Positions 1 through 8,685 of a stretch of DNA of 64,000 bases are shown here, in pieces. Source of the DNA: Candidatus Limicola stercorigallinarum (GTDB lineage: Bacteria; Actinomycetota; Coriobacteriia; Coriobacteriales; Coriobacteriaceae); contig DVID01000001.1 of the NCBI GenBank assembly GCA_018711625.1, forward strand, positions 4,610-68,609, in the 5' to 3' direction. The notes below the pieces were generated by a model that worked only from the letters and a program-made list of their open reading frames with translations, made no database searches and was not told the origin of the DNA. The first letter of the stretch is position 1; every line of letters begins with the position of its first letter. The translations under genes and the position numbers were made by a program.

Positions 1-1
1 C

Positions 2-679
2 TGTGGGTACGTGTACGACGAGGAGGTTGAGGGAACGCCCTTTGCCGACCTCCCTGAAAGCTGGACGTGCCCTCTCTGCGGCGCGGCCAAGAGCGCCTTT
101 GAGCCCGAAACGCCGAGCGAGCCTGCCCCTCAGCATCACACTGTGATAGCGAACATGAAGCCCTCCTCAGAAGCAACAGCTTCTGAGGCAACCAACGCCA
201 CGCCGCTTGATAATCATGATCTTACCGAGCTCTCCCCCGGCGTGCTTGCCGCCATCTGCTCCAACCTCGCACGCGGATGCGAAAAGCAATACCACCCCGA
301 GGAGCAGGAGCTCTTTACGCAGCTCGCGGAGTACTATTCCGCACAAGTTGCCACGGTAGCGGAGCCCACGCTCGCAAATCTCGCCGAGCTGCTCAATCGT
401 GACCTCGCAGAAAACTACCCGGCGCTCCGCTCCACCGCCGAGAATGTACGCGATCGCGGAACCTTGCGCATCTGCACCTGGGGCGAAAAGGTAACGCGCG
501 CCCTGCTCTCACTTGCCCAGCGATACGAACGCGAGGGCGAGGCAATGCTCAAGAACACGCGCATCTGGGTCTGCTCGGTTTGCGGATTCACCTTTGTGGG
601 CGAAAAGCCACCGGCGCTCTGCCCCGTGTGCAAGGTACCCGACTGGAAGTTTGACGAGGTAACCGGGAGGGCCGCATGA
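2..679 (+). CDS. Rubredoxin-like domain protein (N-terminal rubredoxin, central helical region, C-terminal rubredoxin-like knuckle); 5'-truncated by the window edge
   Basis: Frame is open from base 2 (CGYVYDEE...[13 protein letters not shown], rubredoxin pattern); C-terminal WVCSVCGF...ALCPVCKVP. Confidence 0.8.
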   Translation, partial: CGYVYDEEVEGTPFADLPESWTCPLCGAAKSAFEPETPSEPAPQHHTVIANMKPSSEATASEATNATPLDNHDLTELSPGVLAAICSNLARGCEKQYHPEEQELFTQLAEYYSAQVATVAEPTLANLAELLNRDLAENYPALRSTAENVRDRGTLRICTWGEKVTRALLSLAQRYEREGEAMLKNTRIWVCSVCGFTFVGEKPPALCPVCKVPDWKFDEVTGRAA

Positions 680-1395
680 TGACCAATCTGGATTCCACGC
701 CCACGCGCCTGGCCGTGCGCAACCTGCGCCTCTGCACTAAAGACTGCCTTTGCCTTTACGTATGCCCCACGGGAGCCTCGGACACCGAAAACAGCATCAT
801 CGACCCCGATAAATGCCTTGGTTGCGGCGCCTGCGCCGATGCCTGCCCCAGTAAGGCCATCTCGATGGTGCCCCTCGCTTACCCGCCACAGCAACCAAAG
901 GCGGCATCGGTTATAGATGCGAGCTTTGCCCTGGCTGAGCGAAAGGCAGAAGCTGAAGCGGTAGCAAGGCATCTCGCCGAAACAGCAGAGAACGAAGGCT
1001 TGGGTCGCCTGACAGCTGCACTGGCACGTGCGATTCGCCTGGTGCACGAAGACCTCATGCGCGAAAGCGGCTATATGCTGCCGCAGAGCAAAAACGCACA
1101 TGACCTGCTTCGTGCCATGCTCGCAGCACCCCAAGAAGATGGATTTCCCACTGAGGCGGCGAAGCGCCTATTTGAGCTCATCCCAGAAAACGAAAATGGA
1201 GGTGCCACGGAAGCTGCCGAAACGACGGAGCCCACAGCAGCCACGGCCGCAGAAGACACCCACCCGGCAAACGATGCCTCCGAGATGCGCACCTACAAAT
1301 GCCTCATGTGCGGCGCAGTCTTTAGCGTTGCCCCCGGAGTAACACCGCGGTGCCCTGTTTGCGGAGCGGGCGAAGAATACCTCGAGCTGCAGTAG
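676..1395 (+). CDS. 4Fe-4S dicluster ferredoxin-domain protein with C-terminal rubredoxin-like motif
   Basis: [12 protein letters not shown] and [12 protein letters not shown] motifs; C-terminal YKCLMCG...RCPVCG; start overlaps the upstream stop (ATGA). Confidence 0.8.
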   Translation: MMTNLDSTPTRLAVRNLRLCTKDCLCLYVCPTGASDTENSIIDPDKCLGCGACADACPSKAISMVPLAYPPQQPKAASVIDASFALAERKAEAEAVARHLAETAENEGLGRLTAALARAIRLVHEDLMRESGYMLPQSKNAHDLLRAMLAAPQEDGFPTEAAKRLFELIPENENGGATEAAETTEPTAATAAEDTHPANDASEMRTYKCLMCGAVFSVAPGVTPRCPVCGAGEEYLELQ

Positions 1396-1441
1396 GGCGC
1401 GAGGCGAGTAGCCCACAGCATTCCATAGCTCACAGAACACA

Positions 1442-1474
1442 GCGCGGCGCGAACCTCAAAGATTCGCGCCGCGC
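1442..1474 (+). terminator. GC-rich hairpin, probable terminator between convergent genes
   Basis: 12-bp inverted repeat gcgcggcgcgaa/ttcgcgccgcgc followed by gcgttt. Confidence 0.55.
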
Positions 1475-1543
1475 GCGTTTGGTGCAAGCACTATTCGATG
1501 TAAACGGTACCAGGCAAGAAGCGCGCCAGGCGCCTCCAGATTA

Positions 1544-1855
1544 TTACTGCCTCCGTCGCAAGGTTCCCATGTCCTCACCAAGGCCAATACGAGCCAGACG
1601 CACCGCCACTGCTGCAAAAACGATGGTTCCTACGATGCCGATAGCAATACCGTTGCCCATGATTACCATCGTAAGCGCCGTGTAGGCAGCACATGCTGCA
1701 AGGAACACCGCCCCCACGAACGAAAGCACGCGCTTCGCGGGAGAAGGCTTCCCCGCCTTTTGCAGACCGGCGTTCGTGCTGCTCTTCGTCTCCTTAGGCG
1801 TATCTGCGGCGTGTTCGCGTTGCTTGTGCCCCGCGCTGCGCTTTGCTTGTGCCAT
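1544..1855 (-). CDS. Small hypothetical membrane protein (2 TM helices)
   Basis: 103-aa ORF from ATG at 1855; basic N-terminus followed by two hydrophobic segments. Confidence 0.6.
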   Translation of the reverse strand: MAQAKRSAGHKQREHAADTPKETKSSTNAGLQKAGKPSPAKRVLSFVGAVFLAACAAYTALTMVIMGNGIAIGIVGTIVFAAVAVRLARIGLGEDMGTLRRRQ

Positions 1856-2079
1856 AGCGATCTCCCGACTTGCATAGGGGTCATCTGTCAGCACCATACT
1901 ACCCAGAAGGTACGCGTATGCCAAAGTCACATTTGTATTACGCATGACGTGCTGACAAGGACGGTGCAAGGGCAATAGGCCGATAACGCAACAAGCGCCG
2001 CCACATGGGCGACGCTTGCTAGAAGAACGGATTACATCACCGCGAGTGACCTGAGCCGCCACGGCAGGTTGCCGTTGCC

Positions 2080-3411
2080 CTACTCCTCGGAATTGTCCTC
2101 AGGAACAATAAGGTTCAGCAGGAAGCACACGATGAACGCCACCACGAGCGAACTACCAAAGATGTTCTGCGCAAGATCGGGCATGAACTGCAGGATGGTC
2201 GGCGCACCAGCAATACCTACACCAAGCGCCAGCGAAACGCCCACAATCATGCGGTTGCGGTAATTCAGAGGCTGCTCGCTAATGAGCTGAATGCCCGAAA
2301 GCGTGATGGCCGCGAACACCGTGATGGTGGCGCCACCCAGCACCGGCTGCGGAATGGTGGCCATAAGCGACATGAGCTTGGGGCAGAAACCCGCAATAAG
2401 CATGATGGCACCCACGATGGCAAACACCGGCTTTGCAACCACCTTAGTGGTGCAGATGAGGCCCACGTTCTGGCTGAAGGGGTCGGTGGGAAGGCCGCCG
2501 ATGAGGGCACCGATCATGCCGCAGATGCCCTGGCCCTTGATGGCGCCGCCCAGCTCTTTATCGGTGGCATCGCGGTCAAAGCCACCCATGGTGGTGGAGG
2601 ACACGTCGCCAATGGTCTGAACAGCCTGAACGATGTACATAAGGATCATCATCACGATGGCATCGGGATGGAACTCAAGCCCAAAGTGCAGCGGAATGGG
2701 CGCAGACACAAGCGCCGCCTCGGCCACCGGCGAGAAGTCGACGATGCCGCCCATGACAAGCGCAATCGCATACCCTACGGCAATGCCGATCAGCATGCCC
2801 GAAACCTTGATATAGCCCTTGCCAAACAGGCTGCACGCGAGCGTTACCGCCAGCGTCACAAGCGCGAGAATCCAGAACTGCGCCGAGCCAAACGTACCGG
2901 CAGCCTGCGCAGCAGAGCCACCACCAAAGTAATTGATGGCCGTGCTATAGAGCGAAAGGCCAATTGCCAACACGACGGTTCCGCACACAATAGGCGGGAA
3001 GAACCGACGAATGCGTCCGATAAACATACCGATGAAAATGGACACGAACGCGGCAACAAGCTGCGATCCAAAGATGGCCGAAATGCCATACTGCATACCG
3101 ATGGTGGTCAGGATGGGCATATACGCAAAAGCGACACCCATAACGCTCGGAAGCCCCATACCAAAACCCACGATGGGGAAAAGCTGCACCAGCGTGGTCA
3201 GGCCGCCAATGATCATGGCCGACTGCATAAGCATGGTTTGGTCGGCGGAGGAAAGGGCACAGGTGCCCGCAATAAGCATGGGGGGCGTGATATTGCCCAC
3301 CAGCATGGCCAGCACATGCTGCATGGCCTGCGGGAACGCCTCTCCAAATGTTGGCTTACCGTCAAGCTTGAACAGCTCGCCCCGCTCTGTTGTTACCGAT
3401 TGATTTGCCAT
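2080..3411 (-). CDS. NCS2 family xanthine/uracil/uric acid permease
   Basis: QHVLAM N-terminal motif, FSQNVGLICTTKV NAT-signature-like segment, about 12-14 hydrophobic segments; GGAG RBS. Confidence 0.9.
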   Translation of the reverse strand: MANQSVTTERGELFKLDGKPTFGEAFPQAMQHVLAMLVGNITPPMLIAGTCALSSADQTMLMQSAMIIGGLTTLVQLFPIVGFGMGLPSVMGVAFAYMPILTTIGMQYGISAIFGSQLVAAFVSIFIGMFIGRIRRFFPPIVCGTVVLAIGLSLYSTAINYFGGGSAAQAAGTFGSAQFWILALVTLAVTLACSLFGKGYIKVSGMLIGIAVGYAIALVMGGIVDFSPVAEAALVSAPIPLHFGLEFHPDAIVMMILMYIVQAVQTIGDVSSTTMGGFDRDATDKELGGAIKGQGICGMIGALIGGLPTDPFSQNVGLICTTKVVAKPVFAIVGAIMLIAGFCPKLMSLMATIPQPVLGGATITVFAAITLSGIQLISEQPLNYRNRMIVGVSLALGVGIAGAPTILQFMPDLAQNIFGSSLVVAFIVCFLLNLIVPEDNSEE

Positions 3412-3607
3412 ACGATCTCCCCTCTTGTAGTTCCCGGCACCGTATGCTTACCGGGACCATGAACAGATGCGGCCGCTTGCGCTCGGTAACGCCGAGAACC
3501 AAGCGGCCGCAACGTGATCGTTCAATTGTAAGAGAGATACGTGCTTAGCAGGGCAAGTATTTCCGGAGCTCAACTACTAAGCGGCGACAAGCAGCCAGGA
3601 GCTGAGG

Positions 3608-3985
3608 TTAGCGCTGAGCGATAGCTTCAATCTCCACCAAGCCGCCCTTGGGGAGCGCAGCGGCAGCAAAGCAACTGCGCGCCGGGAAGGGCTCGGGGAA
3701 GACCTCGGCATACACGGCGTTCACCGCGGCAAAGTCGTTGATATCCGCCAAAAGGACGGTGGTCTTGACCACGTTTGCATAGGTGAGTCCAGCGGCCTCG
3801 AGCAGCGCGCCCACGTTGGCAAGCGCCTGGCGCGCCTGCGCCTCCACATCCTCGGCGAGCTCGCCCGTTGCAGGATCGAGCCCCAGTTGGCCTGAAAGGT
3901 AGACGGTCTCACCGCAATCGATACCGGCAGAATACGGGCCAACAGCTGCCGGGGCGTGAGTAGTCGAAATAACGGTCTTAGTCAT
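3608..3985 (-). CDS. ridA: RidA/YjgF/UK114 family enamine/imine deaminase
   Basis: APAAVGPYS, YLSGQL, VVKTTVLL, FPARSC, LPKGGLVEIEAIA motifs; 125 aa from ATG at 3985. Confidence 0.9.
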   Translation of the reverse strand: MTKTVISTTHAPAAVGPYSAGIDCGETVYLSGQLGLDPATGELAEDVEAQARQALANVGALLEAAGLTYANVVKTTVLLADINDFAAVNAVYAEVFPEPFPARSCFAAAALPKGGLVEIEAIAQR

Positions 3986-4162
3986 AAGAAGCTCCTCACC
4001 TGGTAGAGAAAGGTTAGTGGCTGCGAACCGAGTCAGCAGCCACCTCACGCGTAGTGTATGGACAATCGTAGGAAGGCACACGCCGATTTGCAAGGAGAGG
4101 GAGCGACGACGCACAGGCGTAACAGCGTCCCTGCAGCCGTTCTCCCAGTGGGCTCAGGCCCG

Positions 4163-5227
4163 CTACAAATCCCGCGGGCGCTCGGCAAGAAAGATCCAAT
4201 GCTCCTGTTCGCGCGCCGCCTGCGGCAGCATGCGACCCACCGCACGCGCAGGAACGCCTGCTACAATCAGGTTTGCCAGCAGCGCCTTTGCATCATCCTC
4301 ATCAACCGCCATCATAAGACCGCCCGAGGTCTGCGGGTCAAAGAGCACGTCTTGGAGCGCAAGCGCTGTATCGCCCGGTGCAACGTGCGGCGCAGCATAC
4401 TGCCGATTGCGGTACACCGCCGAAGGCAAAATTCCCAGCGAAGCAAGGTCGAGCACGTCAGGAAGCAGCTCAAACGCCTCGGGCCAAATCTGGGCAGCAA
4501 GACCGGCCCCTTCAACCATCTCGAGCACGTGGCCCAGCACGCCAAAGCCGGTAATGTCGGTACAGGCGTGAACATGATGATTTGCCATAACCTCGGCAGC
4601 GCCACGGTTGAGCGTGCAAAGCGCCTGCACGGCCGCACGCTCAAGCTCTGGCGCGGCGATGCCACCCTGCAGAGCCGTAGACGCAATGCCCAGCCCCAAT
4701 GGTTTGGTGTAGATAAGCACATCCCCCGCCATAGCGCCATCGTTGGTGAGTATACGCTCAGGATTGATGACGCCTGTCACCGCCATACCATACTTAGGTT
4801 CGGCGTCGTAGATAGAATGGCCGCCCGCAAGCGAAGCTCCTGCCTCTGTCACTTTGTCCAAGCCACCGCGGAGCATCGCCCGCACCGTTTCCGCCGGCAT
4901 ATCTTCAGGCACAGCCATCACGTTGAGCGCCGTTATGGGTCGCGCACCCATGGCATACAGATCGGAAAGCGCGTTGGCCGCCGCCACCTGGCCAAACACA
5001 TAGGGATCGTCCACCATAGGCGGGAAGAAGTCCACCGTCTGCACGATGGCAAGCTCGTCGGCAAGCTTATAGACCGCCGCATCATCGGCATGGTCAAACC
5101 CCACAAGGAGATTAGGGTCGCGCGGCGCAGCAAACCCGTCAAAGAGCTGAGCCAGCATGCCAGCGCCCACTTTGGCCCCACAACCTGCACAGCTGGCAAG
5201 CTTGGTTAGCTTAACATTCTGCTCCAT
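4163..5227 (-). CDS. selD: Selenide, water dikinase (selenophosphate synthetase), Cys form
   Basis: LTKLASCAGCGAK, DDAAVY, QTVDFF, ANALSDLYAMG, TDITGFG, DPQTSGGL. Confidence 0.95.
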   Translation of the reverse strand: MEQNVKLTKLASCAGCGAKVGAGMLAQLFDGFAAPRDPNLLVGFDHADDAAVYKLADELAIVQTVDFFPPMVDDPYVFGQVAAANALSDLYAMGARPITALNVMAVPEDMPAETVRAMLRGGLDKVTEAGASLAGGHSIYDAEPKYGMAVTGVINPERILTNDGAMAGDVLIYTKPLGLGIASTALQGGIAAPELERAAVQALCTLNRGAAEVMANHHVHACTDITGFGVLGHVLEMVEGAGLAAQIWPEAFELLPDVLDLASLGILPSAVYRNRQYAAPHVAPGDTALALQDVLFDPQTSGGLMMAVDEDDAKALLANLIVAGVPARAVGRMLPQAAREQEHWIFLAERPRDL

Positions 5228-5318
5228 GACGCTCTCCCTTCGCCCGTTACTCTCCGTCCGCGCCCCGGCACAAATGTGACAAACATGCCGGGCACTTTTG
5301 TATCATGGCACCCTTATC

Positions 5319-5549
5319 TCATGCGAGCTCAAACCAGGCGGCAACGCGTACACGGCCTGCGCAGGCATGCTCGAACAAAGCGCGTGCCGAAGACTCGGCT
5401 GGCATGCGCCACGCCAGCCCACATTCGGCAGATAGGTGCGTAGGAAGCGGAATGATGCGCCCCGGCACCCCCGCCTCCCGACAGCAGCGCTCCGCCTCAA
5501 GCGCGTCAAACGTGCTCGCAAACGTGGCGACTGCATATCGCTCAGCCAT
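5319..5549 (-). CDS. DUF3343 family small protein (selenium-cluster associated)
   Basis: VATFASTFDALEAE...RIIPLPTHLSAECGLA pattern and position within the selD/yedF cluster. Confidence 0.75.
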   Translation of the reverse strand: MAERYAVATFASTFDALEAERCCREAGVPGRIIPLPTHLSAECGLAWRMPAESSARALFEHACAGRVRVAAWFELA

Positions 5550-5596
5550 GCCCCGCGCCTCCCCTCAATATGGACAATACGCCTGACGCCTTTGCC

Positions 5597-6742
5597 TCAC
5601 GCGCCCGCCTCATGTGCCAGGGTGCACACGGCATCCACGGCACAATCCACCTCGGCCTCAGTGGTGAACCAGCCAAACGAAAACCGTACCGCCCCCTGAC
5701 CGGTGGTTCCCAGCGCTGCGTGTGCCCGCGGCGCGCAATGCAAGCCCGCGCGCACCGCGATGCCAAACCGCTGGGCAAGCTCATCTGCCACCTGCGCAGA
5801 ATCCCTGCCGCCTATGTTAAGAGCAACCGTTGCCACATGCTCGCATCTGGGCACCTCGCCATAGATCGTAACGCCTGCACAAGCCGAAACACCCGCGACA
5901 AAGCGGCTCCTCAGCGCCCGCTCATGACGAGCAACCTCCTCTACGCCCGTCGTGGCAAGCCAGCGCGCAGCAGCTCCCAAACCAGCAATACCCGGCGTGT
6001 TGAGCGTACCCGCCTCTAGGTGCTCGGGGTACGTATCGGGCTGGCTTGGCAGCGCGCTCTGCACGCCCGTTCCGCCATACAGCAAAGGACACAGCGAAAC
6101 CTCAGGCGCCACAATCAGACCGCCTGTGCCCTGCGGCCCCATCAGTGCCTTGTGACCGGTGAAGCAGAGCACATCAACCCCCAGCTCTACCATATTCAGC
6201 GGAAGCACGCCCGCGGTCTGCGCCGCATCAAGTACCACAAACGCCCCATGCTCATGCGCCGCCTGAGCAACCTCACGCACCGGCAACACCACACCCGTGA
6301 GGTTTGATGCATGACTTATCACCACAAGGCGCGTATGAGGCTGGAATAGACTCTCAAGGCGCTCGAGTTCCAAGCGCCCCAATCGGTCTACCGGAATGTA
6401 TGAGGTCATTACACCCTGAGCCGCGAGCGCGTTGAGCGGGCGCAGCACCGAATTGTGCTCGTAATCCGTTGCGATCGCATGGTCGCCGGGCGCAAGCAAA
6501 CCAAAGAGCGCCGTATTGAGCGCCTGCGTGGCATTTGCACAAAAAACCACGCGTTCAGGATGGGTTGCGCCCAAACAATCAGCTACGGCAAGCCGGGCAT
6601 CGAAAACCGTGCGTGCCGCGTTTAAGTCTTGTTCGCTAGCCCCGCGTGATGAGCTGCCCGGGCTTTCAAGCGCCTGCAGCACAGCTTCCCGCACGCACGG
6701 GGGCTTCTGCGCTGAGGTTGCCGCGCAGTTGAGATATATCAC
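5597..6742 (-). CDS. Class V aminotransferase; cysteine desulfurase/selenocysteine lyase-like
   Basis: IYLNCAATS, EHNSV, SHASNLTG, DAAQTAG, FTGHKALMGPQGTG (PLP lysine), RAGLHCAP. Confidence 0.88.
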   Translation of the reverse strand: MIYLNCAATSAQKPPCVREAVLQALESPGSSSRGASEQDLNAARTVFDARLAVADCLGATHPERVVFCANATQALNTALFGLLAPGDHAIATDYEHNSVLRPLNALAAQGVMTSYIPVDRLGRLELERLESLFQPHTRLVVISHASNLTGVVLPVREVAQAAHEHGAFVVLDAAQTAGVLPLNMVELGVDVLCFTGHKALMGPQGTGGLIVAPEVSLCPLLYGGTGVQSALPSQPDTYPEHLEAGTLNTPGIAGLGAAARWLATTGVEEVARHERALRSRFVAGVSACAGVTIYGEVPRCEHVATVALNIGGRDSAQVADELAQRFGIAVRAGLHCAPRAHAALGTTGQGAVRFSFGWFTTEAEVDCAVDAVCTLAHEAGA

Positions 6743-7410
6743 AGCGTGACCGCCCTCCCCGGGCCCATGAGCGCTTGAGCAATCGCATAGAGGTTGGTGA
6801 CACCGCCCACCGCAAGTTTGTCACGTATACCCAGGTAATCAAGGCAGGTGCCACAGGTAAGCACCTCAGTGCCGCGGCGTTCGAGCGCACGAATATCGTC
6901 CAGCGTGGGAGCTCCCTCACTCGTGAGATAGGCGCCGGAGTTATAGCAAATCAAGCGCCGGGGCACCTCGGCGCCCTCCGCTAGCGCATAGATAACACCC
7001 CGCATGAGCACGCCGCCCAGCTCATCGTTGCCCCGGCCAAGCACGTTGCTTCCTATGAGCACGGTTGTGGTGGAGTCTACCTTGGCGTCACCGTCCGCAG
7101 CAACACCCAGGAACGCTTCGGTGTCCTGCGGCGTTTCGGCGACAGCTTCGGGAGCATCCAAGGCCGCTTTCTGGTCGGCAGCATCCTGAGCGGACACGCC
7201 CGAGAGGGTAACCGCCCAGCCACCAGACACTTCCTCTACCGTAATTGCAGCCTGTTTGCTCAAACCAAGGCGTTTAAGATTCTCAACGGCCACCTGGTTA
7301 TCAACCAACACGCGCACTGTGCCCTCAGCCACTGGATCTGCCAGAGCCTTCATAGCGCGAATCACCGGCTTGGGACAGGTTTCCCCGAATGCATTGAGCT
7401 CAATCACCAA
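6739..7410 (-). CDS. yedF: Sulfurtransferase-like selenium metabolism protein YedF (TusA/SirA + DsrE-like domains)
   Basis: GETCPKPVI (TusA CPxP motif), VLVDNQVAVENL, LTCGTCLDYLG, VGGVTNLY. Confidence 0.88.
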   Translation of the reverse strand: MVIELNAFGETCPKPVIRAMKALADPVAEGTVRVLVDNQVAVENLKRLGLSKQAAITVEEVSGGWAVTLSGVSAQDAADQKAALDAPEAVAETPQDTEAFLGVAADGDAKVDSTTTVLIGSNVLGRGNDELGGVLMRGVIYALAEGAEVPRRLICYNSGAYLTSEGAPTLDDIRALERRGTEVLTCGTCLDYLGIRDKLAVGGVTNLYAIAQALMGPGRAVTL

Positions 7411-7614
7411 AGACTCCCCTCGCGTTGCATACGCATGCTGCTTGCCCGCGCCACTACGTGCGCCGCGCGGCCACAGCCGTTCAGCTCCATACTACTATGC
7501 AACCAACTCGCGCACGCCGAAGCTCGCAACATATATGCACGGCGCGGCGGGGGGCGCGGCGCGGCGCAGCAGAGCGTCTTCCGGCCTTCGACCTGCCTGC
7601 GCGAAAGTCTGCCC

Positions 7615-8685
7615 CTAACGGCTCACCAAATGGATGCGACTCGCATCAAAATGCATGCGCAGCACGTCACCCGCCTGGGGAAGCTCCGCGCTATCCGCCC
7701 CCACCAGGTTAATCTTCCACTGCAAACGGCTCGGCGCGTCTGCCCGCGGGGGATCAAGCAGCACCAAGCGCTCAAAACGCGCATCGCTCACACGCGCCAC
7801 GTGAAGATCGTAGGTGTTGCGCCCAGGGGCACCCCGATTGTCACGATGGAAATACGACGCACGGACCCCCAGATACGCCACGTCATCGGGCACCGGACGC
7901 CCCACGTCAAAGGTCATACCCCAATCGAGCGCTTCAACCACCGTCTCGGCAACCTTGCGGGCAACCGAGGTGTTCTTGCAGCCCGTGAGCCGCAGCGCCG
8001 CCAACGTATGCGGGTTCCTCATAAGCTCGCGCGGCGTCCCCACTTCTTCCACGTGCCCGTTGTGCATCACACAGATGCGATCGCACAGGCGGCAGGCTTC
8101 ATCGATGTCATGGCTCACGTAGAGCACCGTGGCATCCACCGCATCAAAGATGTCGAGCAGGTTTTGCTCAAGCGAGCTTTTGAGATATGAGTCGAGCGCC
8201 GAGAACGGTTCGTCAAACATGTAAATGCCTGGATGCGCCGCAATCATGCGAGCAAGCGCCACTCGCTGTTGCTGTCCGCCCGAAAGCTGGGCAGGAAAGC
8301 GATCCGCAAAGGCAGCCATACCAAATATCGCCAGGTACCGGAGGGCAAGGTCGAGGCGCGCTTCTGCCGATAGACGCCCATCCATACCGGCGCACACGTT
8401 CTCACCCACAGTAAGGTTGGGAAAGAGCTGGTAGTTTTGGAAGAGCAGGGCACATTTGCGCTCTTGTGGCGAGAGGTTGATACCCGCCTCAGAATCGAAG
8501 AAGGTGATGCCGTTCACCACGATGCGCCCCTTGTCGGGCGTCTCAACGCCGGCAATGCAGCGCAGCGTGCAACTTTTGCCGCAACCTGAGGCCCCGAGCA
8601 GCGCCACGCGCTCCTCCCCGGCCTCAAGCGCAATATCAAGGGTAAAGCCCGGATAGGCTTTGGTGATAGCAAGCGAAAGCGACAT
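7615..8685 (-). CDS. modC: Molybdate ABC transporter ATP-binding subunit
   Basis: GASGCGKS Walker A, LSGGQQQRVALAR signature, MFDEPFSALD Walker B; start coupled to the modB stop. Confidence 0.88.
   Translation of the reverse strand: MSLSLAITKAYPGFTLDIALEAGEERVALLGASGCGKSCTLRCIAGVETPDKGRIVVNGITFFDSEAGINLSPQERKCALLFQNYQLFPNLTVGENVCAGMDGRLSAEARLDLALRYLAIFGMAAFADRFPAQLSGGQQQRVALARMIAAHPGIYMFDEPFSALDSYLKSSLEQNLLDIFDAVDATVLYVSHDIDEACRLCDRICVMHNGHVEEVGTPRELMRNPHTLAALRLTGCKNTSVARKVAETVVEALDWGMTFDVGRPVPDDVAYLGVRASYFHRDNRGAPGRNTYDLHVARVSDARFERLVLLDPPRADAPSRLQWKINLVGADSAELPQAGDVLRMHFDASRIHLVSR

Noticed and set aside
4163-7410. Selenoproteins (UGA readthrough) in the selD cluster
   Set aside because: SelD, YedF and DUF3343 all have Cys at the relevant positions, and the TGA ending the desulfurase gene is not in frame with DUF3343.
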